NCBI GenBank assembly: GCA_030141605.1
Contig: JAQGDQ010000287.1
Location: forward strand, 232,190-296,189
DNA length: 64,000 nt
Source of the DNA: Tubiluchus corallicola
Lineage: Eukaryota; Animalia; Priapulida
Direction of reading: 5' to 3'
In this document: positions 23,487-36,031 of the stretch, piece after piece
How the letters are laid out: each line of letters starts with the position of its first letter
Numbering within the stretch: the first letter of the stretch is position 1
The notes under the pieces: model-generated
Told to the model about the DNA's origin: nothing
The model's input: only the letters and a program-made list of their open reading frames with translations
The model's database searches: none
Made by a program: the position numbers and the translations under genes

Positions 23487-25296
23487 AGTGTAGAGTACAT
23501 TATCCATTAAGTACATTTTCATTGCAATTATAATTGAACATTGACTGATATCAAACTATCCCTGCTAAACAGTGAATTAAGGATGCATCCAAAAGCAACT
23601 CGTAGACATGATGTGTTTCCCGGATGTAGTGTTGCAGTTTTAGAGTTCGGTGGGGGAGGTTTGAGATTAATGTCAAAAATTGCATAGCAGATTGTACAGT
23701 TTGAAAATGACTTTAGTGCGGTGTAAGGAGAGGTGATAACAATATGTTGAATGCTCGTCAGAATAGTAATAAATTGTGTACACTGTACAATAATAAACTC
23801 GATCAATGAAAATTGATCCACCGCATGGGATACAGGATTTGACTAGGAATCAGGGTCCCCTGAGATGAGCTTAGCCCTAGCTACTTGGACATTGAAGGAT
23901 AGTCGACAGTATGTGGTATGATAAGAGCTATGTAGCACCTCTGGCATTCAAATGTGATGATACACTTAGAGCAAATGCTATGGGAAAAAAACTAATGTTT
24001 TGGAAAGTGTTCATCAACCCATTCACTGACAATATCTGTTTCATAAGCGACCCACTATAATGAACTTTAAAAAAAGTCAACAGTTCAATCAAAAATGTAA
24101 CACTCAGCATTAGGAAATGTGTAAATATTGATAAAATGTTCTTGTGAATATCACTGCATTCAGTGAATGTTTTAATTTATCCATTGCTATAAAATAAACA
24201 GTGATTGTTATTAGTTCAAATCTCTTTATACCACTTTAAAACTGAAAAAAGTTGGCATTAAATAAGTTTGGCATTATAGTGAGTGCATTACTAATACATG
24301 TTTATACATGCAAATGTAGACCTTTTCTTTTATTAAAAATTTGGGTGTTAAATGATTATGGCATTATAAAGGTGATGGTATAACGAGGTTTGACTGTATT
24401 GTCAAGTCTCTGATTGGGCATCTGTTTATGTAGTTTAAGTAAGAAATTTGTACCATTGTTAAATATATTTCATAAACTAAAAAGCTGCAAATTATCCGTA
24501 AAATTTTTGGCATACGTTTCAGGACAATTTTTCCTTCTTATTCATTTTAGCCTTTAAAATTTGTCTTGGAAGCGTTATCGTTGAGCTTTGAAAACTGCAA
24601 ATGTTGTTAGAATGGGAAAAACAATATTCTTTTCATATCATTGCATATGATATTGCGCAAATACATTTACGTTTGTTTATCCATAATTTCGTATTGTTGA
24701 AAATAAACTGGAGTTTTACAGAATGTGATAAACAGAACTGTTTTGTCAAGATTTTGAGTGAACCGTTAGCTCAGCTTCATCATGTCCCGCCGATCTGTTC
24801 TTGAAAATTACAATTGATTTTGACCTATTCTTGGAAGTATAAGAGAACAGCCGAGTGATCACAGTGTGTGCAAAGCAGCCAAAGTTCAGCAACATTGGGC
24901 TTGATTGGTATAGTCTCTTGTGGATGGTTTCACCTGCCAAAACTGACCCGTACATTTACTTCATTGAGCGACGATGTATTTGCAGCTGAGTGAACTAAGA
25001 TATTGCTGGTTCAGTGCCTCATATTAATTAACTATGTTTGGTCCCTCCACAACTATGTACATTAAGTAAGACTGTACCACAAAATACTGAATACAAGCTT
25101 GCACTGTCTAAATAATAAAAATTATCAGCTCTTTGGTACAAATATTGAAATGAAATTCACTACTTAGTAATTTTGGTAAACTTAGCTGGCATTTTTATAG
25201 GTTTTTATTCCACTACTTGTTTGACTTGTGTACAGTAAATTTCTGTAATTATTTTAGGGTTAGTAAAACAATTACTATGTAATTATTTAACATAAC

Positions 25297-25341
25297 TTTA
25301 TTAAAAACACAATCAAGCTACATTCATGCACGACAATAAAA
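25297..25341 (-). promoter_or_regulatory. Putative cyclin B polyadenylation signal with overlapping CPE
   Basis: Minus-strand TTTTTAATAAA (25307-25297) is the first canonical AATAAA I find after the stop; another TTTTAT lies about 35 nt upstream. Confidence 0.55.
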
Positions 25342-25405
25342 CAAGCCCACAAACGTGGTGGCAACACCAGTCGAATTTTTTTACTGCAATTTGGAAAGAT
25401 AGTGG

Positions 25406-25950
25406 CAGGACCGGATTTACCAATAGGCAAAGTAGGCCATAGGCCTAAGACCCATGGGTATCTAGGAGACCTCTGAAGCTAATTTGTCGTGCAGCGTTCC
25501 AGCGTATAAGTTTATCTCAAGGGTGTATTTCATTATATAATGTATTCAAAACCACAAGGGCCTATGTACAATACATACAATGATAGCAAAACATTCTGCA
25601 ACTTCTCATGCCCCTGTCTACTGATGTAACCAAATGGCAATCGTTTGCAAGGCCTTTTAAACTGCGCATTTAATATTTGAATATCATTCATCCTCACAGT
25701 ATTCATTCATGTCCCACCTATCCTAACTTGCTGCAGTACAGACAGTCCTGTACAAACCTTGATGCTTTCAAATTCCTTTCCCTACTACATTCACTTGTAC
25801 TATCATCAATTGAAACTTGTTCTGTATAATTAGCTTTGATTTTATCATACGTCTTACATGAAAACAAATGCCCTGTAGTGTCTTGTTCAATCCTACACAT
25901 GTAAGCAAGCATTTCTATAAATTTTGGGGCCCAAAGTAAATCCGGCCCTG
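25406..25950. mobile_element. hAT-type MITE
   Basis: TIR CAGGACCGGATTTAC / GTAAATCCGGCCCTG; 8-bp TSD GATAGTGG / GATATTGG (1 mismatch). Confidence 0.82.
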
Positions 25951-27029
25951 GATATTGGGGACAACTTAAATGTCCAGAATTTAAAATGCTAATACTGCAG
26001 GGAAAGCCAAAAGCCTGCAAAATAGTTAGCATAAAAGCAGCACAGCAGAAATTTCATATGAACAGTTTTAGACCATAAAAACAACATAAAACTAATAATG
26101 AAATAAAAGCTTTTGGACTGATGTTGACACCATTAAAGGCTTTTCTCTTTACAACCAAATTAGAAAAATCATCATTTGTGCAGTGTGCTAAAATATCTTT
26201 GTTCTACATTAACAATTTCATTATACCCTTGGAAATTTGAAATCAACGTAAGCGATATTTACAGTGTTGTACTGCGAATAACCTGGCGCTAGATGGAGAT
26301 ATTTACAGTTATGCAGTTTTTTTCAAGCAAGAATGATGTGCTGACACCGATTATCTCAAAACCTACAAAAAGTACTCGCAAAAGTGTAAATTGCTGTAAA
26401 GCTAATGATAGTTATGCACCGCCGCTCACGAATCACAGCCTGCTGTAAGATTTACTAAATCGCAGCCGATTATAAAAAAATACCCCATTTAAGTTACAGA
26501 TTACATATTTTTCTGCTTTTTCAGCAGATGATATTGTGCTACGTTGTCAACAGTTTATACAATAAAGCCACTACAAAAATCAACAGAAGCAAGCAGTGCC
26601 GTTGGACATAAGAGAAGAACCACATTAAGCAGGTGCGAGGACGGGAGACGCAGAAATATCATTAGCTTAAATCCAGTGGTCAACAAAGAGTTTGTGTACA
26701 CTATTGCATTGTATATTCAAAAATGGTTGCACAAAAATACATTGCTGAAGAAAAAGAAGAGTCGTTGAAGAATCAGTAATATTCAAAAGCGCAATGCAAA
26801 CCCTGTAAACCAGTTACTGTAACGCCCAAATTAACTACTGCCGCTATAAAAACTCGAGTGACGTGCGATTTATGTACAGTAAAATACCTGTGCTTAACAA
26901 TGATTGTTCCAAATAACCTCCGACATTTACTTCACGGCAGAAAACCGGTCATGATTAAACTGTAAATACACCTCAATCATAATCACGCTTGATACAAATG
27001 TCTGCCAATAACTTGTCGATTGATAACTA

Positions 27030-27236
27030 TTATTTACACTTTTCGGCCAACTCTGTTACAATCCTGGACTTCAGCTGAGGTAACGTACTTATTTTCATGA
27101 ATTTACTTGACGTGTACTTGGTCCGGATAAACTGTTGCTTGGCTGTCTCGGAGCGTGTTACCAAGGCCGCTAATTTACAAGCTGTGGGGAGGATCTGTTC
27201 TTTTGAATAACCGCTGTAGAATGCTAGCGTCTCATT
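27030..27236 (-). CDS. CCNB: Cyclin B coding exon 8 (stop)
   Basis: tttcag|[10 protein letters not shown]...[32 protein letters not shown]. Confidence 0.92.
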   Translation of the reverse strand, partial: NETLAFYSGYSKEQILPTACKLAALVTRSETAKQQFIRTKYTSSKFMKISTLPQLKSRIVTELAEKCK

Positions 27237-30200
27237 CTGAAAGTAAAAACAGTGTGATTAGGAAATACAAATGCACGAATTAAAAATCTTTTCTGATATG
27301 GGCAGGGCCGTATTATGACCCTTTGGAGCTCCTAAGCTAGTGAAATTACGGTTCCCCTCGAACTGAAACCATTTCTATAAGCACTGAAAGGAAATATTCA
27401 ATATATTTGATGCAAATTTCACTGAATTTGACATTTTCATTTATAAAATTAACTTCGGTATACCGAATGTTCACCGACTCTTTAGTGATTACTACCGAAG
27501 TTTACCAGACCGCAATATTATGCTGACATTCCGGGAAAAAATTCGGTGATCCGAATATTCGGTGCATCGCTAGGATTAAGAAACTATTTACCCAATTATC
27601 CTCTTCGCTAAGGAGTTGTAGTGTTAAATACAGAGCAGCCGCAGCTTTTGCTGATGGATAGATGTGCGCAAAATCATATTCCGGTAGCGTGAGTTCCATC
27701 AGATATTTGGCTAGTGTGTGCATTTCAGCATCAACCTAAGATAATAAGACAATATTCAACTTCAGATAATTATTCAGATAATAATTTCAAATAATGACAT
27801 AAAATAACCATTATTATTCTAAGGTAGACTAAAAACAAAGAAAAACATATTGAAAAAGAAATGTAGAACTGTTAGACATATTACAGTATATGTCACCTTT
27901 ACAATATTTAATTAGATTACTGACAAAGATTACAGAAAATCAAATGAAACGTTTTTGAAAATAATGGTTGACTTGCATAACTCATGTTTTGCTCTTGGTA
28001 AGATGCACGAAAAATTTATATTGTTTAATAAATTATTATGGTTTTAATTTTACTTTTTTTACTATTTGTGTGAACACAGTGATTCCATTTTTTAACTGTA
28101 ATGTGTTTGTTTTAATAAACTTACATTATTATTATTATAACACAAATTATATTGCACCATTGACTACAAATAGTATTTTATGGTGCGTAACGACAGAGTC
28201 AGCATTATAGTTCAAGTTTAAATTCGGGCATTTTACAACGAATGCTGTACAATAGTTGTAGCAAATTTAGTTCGAAAAGGCTAAAATGAATAGATGAGCT
28301 TTGATTTTTTGTTGAACACATCATATTTAGTACAACAATGCAAATCAAGTGGGAGTTTGTTCTATTCTCTGGAGCTAACTACTGAAAAAGATCTGTCTGC
28401 AGTTTTGCAATGATTAAAGGGTACGTCTAGAATGATGCCCCGTTCAGCTAGAGTGTCTGAACTGAAAAAGCTTTTACTTTTAGGAAGCTTTGATAGATAA
28501 CCATATTGATTAAACATTTGTACACAAAGCAAAATACAAATACTGTCACAATTGTTCTAAAAGTTAATTTCATACCAGAACAGCTCACTAAAACTATTAC
28601 CGATGTATATGGCTTACACAACGTCAGTGGTTATGGTACCAGTGAAAATGTAAAGTACTACAACAGTTTATCTACATCAGATGAAGTCTTGATCTAGCAT
28701 CTTTTCGTCCTGTATTTTAATTATATATTTTTTAATGGGAGCCACAGACAGGAGAGACACAAAGAGAAAACTTTCATTTATGGGAATCTCTTTGCAAAAA
28801 TGATACTTCTCCGTTTGAAGTAGACCGAGGCTTGGTAAGCAAAAATTGGAGAGTGGGTATTATATAAGTTCGTTTCAAATGAAATTGGAGCTCTTCACTT
28901 TTACTTCATTATTTTTACAATAATCTGTCAAATGTTTTTGTGTGGCTTTAGCCAGCATTTAATGCACTTAATATTTGGTTTCAAATAAGACTAGTGTAAA
29001 TATGTGAAGTTTAAGTAGTTTTTCTATTACTAGTAAGAAAAACATACAAACAAACTTTTCTAACAAAAAGGGAAAAACAGCTAGTCGAACTGGATGCAAG
29101 GCGGACAAGTCAACGAATATTCAAGCGATGTGCCCCTACATGTACATGCAAACATTGCGTGTACGTGCACTAAGTATGGCGGCATCTACGATGAATTTAT
29201 CGATGGAGACGACAAATTTAAAGTTAGTGCGGCATCTATGATGAATTTATCGATGGAGACGACAAATTTAAAGTTAGTTTGTTTAAAAAAATAGGAGTTA
29301 TAATTAGTTTTGCATAATTAATTAAGCTGTACTCGGGTTTTAAAGTCGCATAGATCGTAAGTTGACGACTACCTGTAAAAACATCCCAAAACCAATGCAT
29401 CTCAAAGATACTCTCTAAAAGCCCCTGGAACAAATAAGAACCAGGACAGTATGCAAGTTGAATTCAAGTCCATAAGAATTCAGCTGAACGCGCTAAAATG
29501 CTAAATATTCTCAAGCCCGGCGCACACACTTACATAACCAGCCTTAGAATTTCTTCGCAGAAAGTGAAGCGGCAACGGCTTTCCAAAATTGAATTCAAGA
29601 GATTTCAACATGTAGCATTCCATCTTACGAATGTCCATCGCCGTGTAGGCATTATCTGTGATGTAGACAAAATCGTTCACTTCTGGCGCGTACATTTCCT
29701 CGTACTTTGAAGCCAACAACATCGCCGTAACACCGGCTAATTGCAGTTTCTCCCGAGATATGTCTTTGGTTGCCTTATAATCGGAAAATTTCACTATTAG
29801 TAAAATAATTGACCAAGAGTGCGCAGGGATTCTGATGACCAATGACCACTGAAAACTTTTTACAGGCGTGTTAATGAGGCTGAAACAGTCTTATGTCTTG
29901 AAAATGTTTCAAATTCTAAGCAAGTTTTTAATTTTATTGCCCCTTTTCCACCGTGCTCTTGGGGTGCTCCCTATGAAGATCCTAATCAGTTCCTTCTCTG
30001 CTGCCCATAATCCAAACCCAGCAATTTGCCGAATTTTTGTATAAATAACATACTGAGTGTTGTACAGTAACACTGTATACTTTTAGTTTTCGCTCCTGCA
30101 AACACGTGCAACATGCCCATGGCATGTTTGCGGTGTTGAAAATTATGTTCAGTTGTGATGTCATCATTAGTTTGGCTTCCTGGCAGCTAAATTTAATCTA

Positions 30201-33200
30201 TTGTTTATTTATCAGAAATGCTTTGGCATTTTTATACGTGCTAAAATGTATACTTTTTACTGTGCTTCAAAGTGGGATAGGATATGAAAAGTCATTCCAG
30301 TATTCCGCTAAAGGAACACAGGATGACTTTTATATGTTGCCTTAGGACAGATAGCGATGATGTAAAAAGTGAAAGTGCGCTTTCCACAAGTGTGTTGCAG
30401 ATGTTTCCAAAAACAAAAACTGAAATACAGTGCTGCTGTACAACATTGACAGTGACACATAAAAACTTGGCAAATTAATTTTTTAAAATTTAAATTTCGA
30501 GTTTGTCACTGTGTCATCATGTGATTTCAAAAAAAAATGTGTAATAAGTCAGAATTGAACTGAGATGTAGAGCGCCTGTTTTTGTACCACACATTTTCGG
30601 CCCTGTGTCCATCTAACTAGTGAATGGCAAAATGCTGGTAACAGGGTGCAAATTTGACATTAGACATTCTTAAAAAAACAATTATATGCTCATTCAATGC
30701 TTTATACATGAGATTATTTTTAATTATAATTCAACACTGGGCCATGTTCTCTTTTAATGAATTAGGCATTAGTTTAGTTGCCGTTTTGCATAAATTGTCA
30801 GCTTCATTAATTCTTGCTCATTGACACTAAAGGAAAGGCCAATAAACTCAGCAGATTGGGTTTATTTCATTGTTACCACTTAAGCTTAGAAAAATATAAC
30901 AAAGAAATTTACAAAAAACTGCCCATAAAGCATAAATATAAGATATACTACCTCTGTATAGAAATTTTCAGGCGTGGCGGTTACCGCCATTCATTTGAAA
31001 ATTATGACAAAACTGGGAGACTTCGTTGCTTTTCGTATAAGCGCGTCATGGCTTTCCGTAAGCATACACTGCTTAAACTAATTCAAACTTGTGCAGCAGC
31101 TTACCCAATGTTCACGCAAACATTTTTCGCAAACATTGAAATAAGCTATGCTCCTAGGTTTGACCTTTCCTTTAGGATCCAAATAATATTTTTGCCATTA
31201 TCGTCAAATCTGTGAAATTACCAACAGCTGAACACTGTATGACATCAGACCTGTGAATTTGTCAACAAAAGAAAGACAATTACCATAAGAAACCTGTCAA
31301 GTATATCTACAGTAAGATAGAGCGTCTCTTGCAAGAGATGAAATCTTGAGTGCACTTGTGCCAACCAGTCTATCAGTATTGTTCGCATTTTGCCATTTAT
31401 GTGAGCATGGTGCTCCAAATAACGCTCCTTTACACTATACAGTCGCTGAAACAAAAAGTGCATTTTAACTAAATTATAAACATTACAATTCATGCAAAAA
31501 TTTGTTCACAAAAATTCTATTTTTTGCACGATTCAGCACTGCACATTGCAGCTGTTGATGGAGGAACTGTACGTAGCATATCATCAGAATCACTGCAGAG
31601 GCCTCTGCCTTTTTTGGTAGTAACCAAACTAAACATACAGGTGGTTAAACTTCATAGAGAAGCCAACCAATACGTCAGTCTGCATCAGGTACAGCATTAA
31701 GTAACAATCACTTACTGTATTAACTTGGTTTACAGTTTGGGCCATCATTTCTTCAACTAAAATAATTACAGTGAACTTATCTAATAAGCATGTGTTCAAG
31801 CATGGGCACTTATTACATTTTAAGCCCTTTATTCCTTACATGTGCCTAGATAGTGTCACATAAACGCACACACCCGCATGGTAGCCTGAATGAAATGTGG
31901 GTCGCAAACTTACAGTACGTACGCAAGGCAGCTGATATTGATACCAACATTTCAAGACACTGATCTGCACCCGAGAGGATTTCAAACAGGGTTTCATTTA
32001 TTTTTTCATGCTGTTTTCTTTACAATCAATAAACATGATATACTGCATACTTTATATTGTGATCTAAAAGAGGCTTTCGTGGAAAAAAAGGGTCCAAATT
32101 TTTGTTTGTTTTTGTGATTACTTCAGTGCTTAGTAAATCGATAAGACCTGCTCACCTCAATACAAAACAGATCAGGCAGAACAAACACATGTTGATGACG
32201 AGGGTCAAACAAACACTTTTCATGCACTTATATTACGTAATACGACTGTAATTTAGATCATTGGCGCAATTGTCGAAAATCGCTTAAAAACCACTGTACT
32301 TCACAGACACATACAACAGTCCAGCAAATGCAAACACATACTAACCAAAGATGGTAAAAACTACACTTTTACTGTGTAATAGGAGTTACCTCTATGGAGC
32401 ACAAGCTTAGATTTCACCAACAATTGCTTGCAACAATTGTGCTTCATATACATGAGTACAACAAGTAAGGTAGTGCAAACATATACTGATGAAAATAAAA
32501 TATACATTTTAGTATGTAACAGTAGTTACCTCCATGTAGCGCATATATGAATAGATTTCATTGACGTATTCACTGACTAGTTGAGGATTGTCCTCATCCT
32601 CCTTATCGATGTTAGCGACATGATGAGGTATAAGTACTTCTTCTAATTTGAAGGAACTCGTGTCAGATCGTACATCGGTGGGTGGTGAAAGCTGCTGAAA
32701 CAAGCAAACATGTAACATTATTAACATTTAACATTAGGAAAGTAGGACACTTCTGTCTGCTTGTTAAGATTTAATTAATTTAAAGTAATTAATTTAACAG
32801 TCAATTACTGATTCCTAACACCATATACGTGTGAATGTTTAACAGGGAAGACACGGCAGTTTTAAAGTTTGTCCCAAAAACTTTCTACACAAAGTTGCAT
32901 TACTCAAGTCATTTAAGCTGGTAACTAGAAAAGAAAATTCTTGGTAATTTAAAATGAAAATGCCAAATGGTAAAACACAATTGACTCACTTTCCAAATCT
33001 GTACCACTGACTCACCAAAATTTAATTTTTAATTTATTTTTATTTATTTATTTTATTGACAACATAAAGTAATTTTTGTTTTTGCTTAGTTAGTGACTTA
33101 TGTGTAACAAAAGCTCTGATTATTTTTTAAAACCTTATGCAATTTTACCTAAACTTGTTTCAAACGACCGACAGTCGAAATAACGGTCATCGTGGGAGTT

Positions 33201-34399
33201 TACATTTACAAGTTTTATACAGCGCTGCTGCTAATGCAAGCTCTAGCACCACGACAGCATGTACGTGATATAAAATTTAAAGACGATTTTTAAAGCTTTA
33301 TTTATGAAGAGTGTTTTCTTGTTCTCTAAAACCACGTATGCATAAATTATGTTCACACTTCCCGGAGATACCACTGTCTCTCCCACAAATTCTTACCTTT
33401 TTCTTCTGAGCTGGCTGTTTCTTTTCTACAACAGGGAGCAATGAGGAAGTGGCTGTGCTTTTTGAAAGTCCTCTTCGGGGCCTGAATGTACCAACCTCAT
33501 CTTTCTGTGCAGCCTAAAAGAAAGTGTTTTCTTGAATTTCTTCATAAAAAAGTTATTCAAACTTCCGAAAATGTCACTAAATGCTGATGACAATTAAATG
33601 TGCTGAGAGCAACTGTGCCACGGCTGGAAGTGATTTTGTCTGTTGTTTAGACCACTTCTCGGAGAAGATTCAAAGCATGTCTTTCCAGTAGCAACACCGA
33701 TGACGCCACAGTGTAGTAACAAGAAAATACTGCTAATCCGTAAGGTCACATTACATAAAGTGTAAGGGAATTAAATAAGATAAACAAGCAGCAAAAATTT
33801 GTGTATTACATTTAGCAAGAGAGAAATTCTGTACATTTTATTGAAACAATCATAACTAACCTTTCTTGGCTGCACTCCCAATAACTTATTGTTGACACTT
33901 TGCTTATTAGAAACGTTGCCAAGTGCAGATCTTGTTCCAAATGACCTCACGTTTCCTTTTCCTGCTGCACCTAGTTTAGTGTTGTTTTCTTGGTTAACGT
34001 CTCGTACGCCATTCTAATAACATATAAATTATAAGATATTTATTTGAATCATTTAAGGCATGCAATAAAATCTTTGCAATTGAAAAAATAGTAAAGATTA
34101 ACAGTTCAACTATAGACTGATGATAACTCTGTTATGACGACGTACAAAAAATTTAATTGCATGTGATTTTATATAGGTATATGCACTGTAACATTATTAT
34201 TAATACTAGTTCATGACAAAAACACTTCAATTCATGACATAGACATGTTACAAATTTTAAACCATATAATGGATAATCTGTTGCCTATGCGTTACGTTAA
34301 TTTCTAATGAAATATAGTGAAAAAACAAGCTATTCAATTGTACAACCAACCTACCGTACTAACTGTTACAGTCGCCCGTCGCTGATAACTTAGAGCCAT
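27030..34399 (-). CDS. CCNB: G2/mitotic cyclin B, complement(join 34355..34399,33861..34013,33397..33513,32530..32694,31284..31445,29534..29773,27592..27735,27030..27236), about 410 aa
   Basis: All introns GT-AG, phase 0. D-box RSALGNVSN (33906-33932); [21 protein letters not shown]; cyclin box MRTILIDWL...[32 protein letters not shown]; B-type FLRRNSKA; C-terminus [11 protein letters not shown]. The exon-1 donor is ambiguous (alternative in-frame gttagt 9 nt earlier). Confidence 0.94.
27303..27572. mobile_element. hAT MITE fragments in the last cyclin B intron
   Basis: CAGGGCCGTATTATGACC end like the 6180 element; minus-strand TAGCGATGCACCGAATATTCGG end with CCGAA subterminal repeats. Confidence 0.5.
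27592..27735 (-). CDS. CCNB: Cyclin B coding exon 7
   Basis: cttag|[17 protein letters not shown]...NW|gtaaat. Confidence 0.94.
29180..29278. repeat. Tandem duplication of about 50 bp (2 copies)
   Basis: gcggcatcta(c/t)gatgaatttatcgatggagacgacaaatttaaagttagt twice. Confidence 0.85.
29534..29773 (-). CDS. CCNB: Cyclin B coding exon 6
   Basis: [35 protein letters not shown]...[10 protein letters not shown]|gtaagt. Confidence 0.95.
30020..30312 (+). mobile_element. Partial Kolobok-type MITE (family A)
   Basis: Colinear with 38660-38956. Confidence 0.65.
30831..31171. mobile_element. Kolobok-type MITE (family B)
   Basis: Ends AGGAAAGGCCAA / TTGACCTTTCCT, flanks CTAA / TTAG; reverse-complement similarity to 41908 and 60062 copies. 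Confidence 0.7.
31284..31445 (-). CDS. CCNB: Cyclin B coding exon 5 (cyclin box start)
   Basis: [34 protein letters not shown]. Confidence 0.95.
32530..32694 (-). CDS. CCNB: Cyclin B coding exon 4
   Basis: tttcag|CAG (NAGNAG) ... GAG|gtaact; [21 protein letters not shown] motif. Confidence 0.92.
33397..33513 (-). CDS. CCNB: Cyclin B coding exon 3
   Basis: ttcttttag|GCT...AAG|gtaaga, 117 nt open, Lys-rich. Confidence 0.8.
33861..34013 (-). CDS. CCNB: Cyclin B coding exon 2 (destruction box)
   Basis: ttattag|AATGGC...AAG|gttagt; NQEN and [10 protein letters not shown]-box. Confidence 0.88.
34355..34399 (-). CDS. CCNB: Cyclin B coding exon 1
   Basis: aaaATG GCT CTA...: [15 protein letters not shown]|gtagg; MAL start typical of animal cyclin B. 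Confidence 0.7.
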
Positions 34400-34600
34400 T
34401 TTTATGCAACCTAAAAACTAAAACGGCGATTGCACCTAATGTCTTATGTAGTACTCTGCTACAGTAGCTTCAATTTCTTTTAAGGTCAGAAATAACTAAT
34501 TTCTTTTAAGTTTAAATAATTGCTTTGTCCACAATCCTAAATCGCTGATAACTACACATTCAACTTCAGAACACTCATGCAAATTGCAACAGTGAGCTTT

Positions 34601-34700
34601 AACTGATTCGAAATGCTAACGTCCGTTTTTATTGGCTCTCGCATTTAGAAGCTAAGTTGTTATTGGTTAAGATAAATGCCTCCAAACACATATAACCAAT
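34601..34700 (-). promoter_or_regulatory. Cyclin B core promoter: three CCAAT boxes, CHR-like element and Inr
   Basis: CCAAT/ATTGG at 34631-35, 34662-66 and 34696-700 (31-34 bp spacing); TTTCGAA (34607-13) abutting TCAGTT (34601-06) on the minus strand, about 200 bp upstream of the ATG. Confidence 0.6.
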
Positions 34701-35647
34701 CACTTAAAATCAAACAATAATAAAATTTTATTTATTGCAGGATTTTTCCGGAGATAAGTTTAAAGAAAAATAAAAAGTAAAAGAATTTTTCGCTAAAGCT
34801 TTCACCAGTTTTTTTCAAAGTTTTACTAAAAACTTGTTAATTTAAATAATTGTAGTTAAATTTGTGCCAACTGATTTCAGATTTTTTCGTGTTCAGCACA
34901 ACATTATGAAATCCGGAGATGAACCAAAATATAGATAAATAATTATTATTAATAATAATAATTAACAGCGTTAATATAACCTTGTCCTAGGAAAATGAGT
35001 TGGTGAGTAAGATTACGAGGAGCAATAACAGAATAATTTATTACATTAAAATGTGGCTGAATAAATGATAAGAATGTAGTGCATGTTTCATAGTGTGTAG
35101 CCTATGATCTTGCATCTCACACAGCCTACGATTTTAAGAGATTAGTAGGATAAACAATATGGAATTGTTTTAAGCTAGGTCATTAGTGGATTGTTTTGGT
35201 AATAAGCGTCCATTGTATGCAGTTCAAGATGGTGACTTGAGCTAGATTGATATCTCGCGCAGGGAGCCAGTTTCTGCAACAATCCTGGAATTATTGTTAG
35301 CAGAATTGCATGAACGATGGACCTGGAGGTAGTGACATCACAGACTAAGTTGTGTTGCTTGGCAAACAAGCTTCACATGCAGCAATTACAGCTTAATTGA
35401 AAAGAAATAGCCCAGAAAAAATCGACCTACTTAAGAAAATCTGGTGACTTTGATATTTCAAACTTTGGGCACAACATTCGTTGAGGTCGTCATTTTGCTG
35501 TAATTTCTTAACTCCGACTTTAACACAAATAATAAGCCTTTTCTCTCATTTTTCCAAACAAATTGCTACACAGTAACTCCATCCAATTTCTCTACTTTCA
35601 AAGTAAACAATCGTTCACAAAGATAACAACGTTTCCATTTTACTTAA

Positions 35648-36031
35648 AGGAAGACTGAACAATTGCTAAGTCTCAATCTCTTTTCAGTTTACTGTCCAAA
35701 ATATACATTTTCTTGCCTATAAAAGTTAGCAATTGTTCCTTATAATTGAATAATTAACTTTGAAAGTTAATTAACGGCAATCGAACATACATCATTGCTT
35801 ACATCAGAAACTAACCACAGTTTGCACTACAGCAGGCATCTTCCCTTGCAAAATGGGTTTTACATCATATGACGTCAGAAACTAACACTGTAGTTCATGA
35901 TCACGCTTACCACAGTACCGCCTTTTATTTGTCTATCGTTAGCTTTGATTTAAAAAATGCTTTTGTAGTTTTCAATATTTTAGAGCATTCTGTATTCTGA
36001 ACCAATGTTGACACAATCATCTGGTTTTCCT
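35648..36031. mobile_element. Kolobok-type MITE
   Basis: TTAA|AGGAAGACTG ... CTGGTTTTCCT|TTAA. Confidence 0.6.

Noticed and set aside
27100-27140. Apparent frameshift in the last cyclin B exon
   Set aside because: Re-reading gives AAG CAA CAG TTT ATC CGG; the frame is intact to the stop at 27030.
30814-31215. 133-aa ORF resembling ORFs at 60198-60567
   Set aside because: The similarity comes from copies of the same non-coding Kolobok-type MITE.
27030-34399. All seven cyclin B introns are phase 0
   Set aside because: As I recall this matches the conserved vertebrate CCNB1 exon architecture, so it is not novel.
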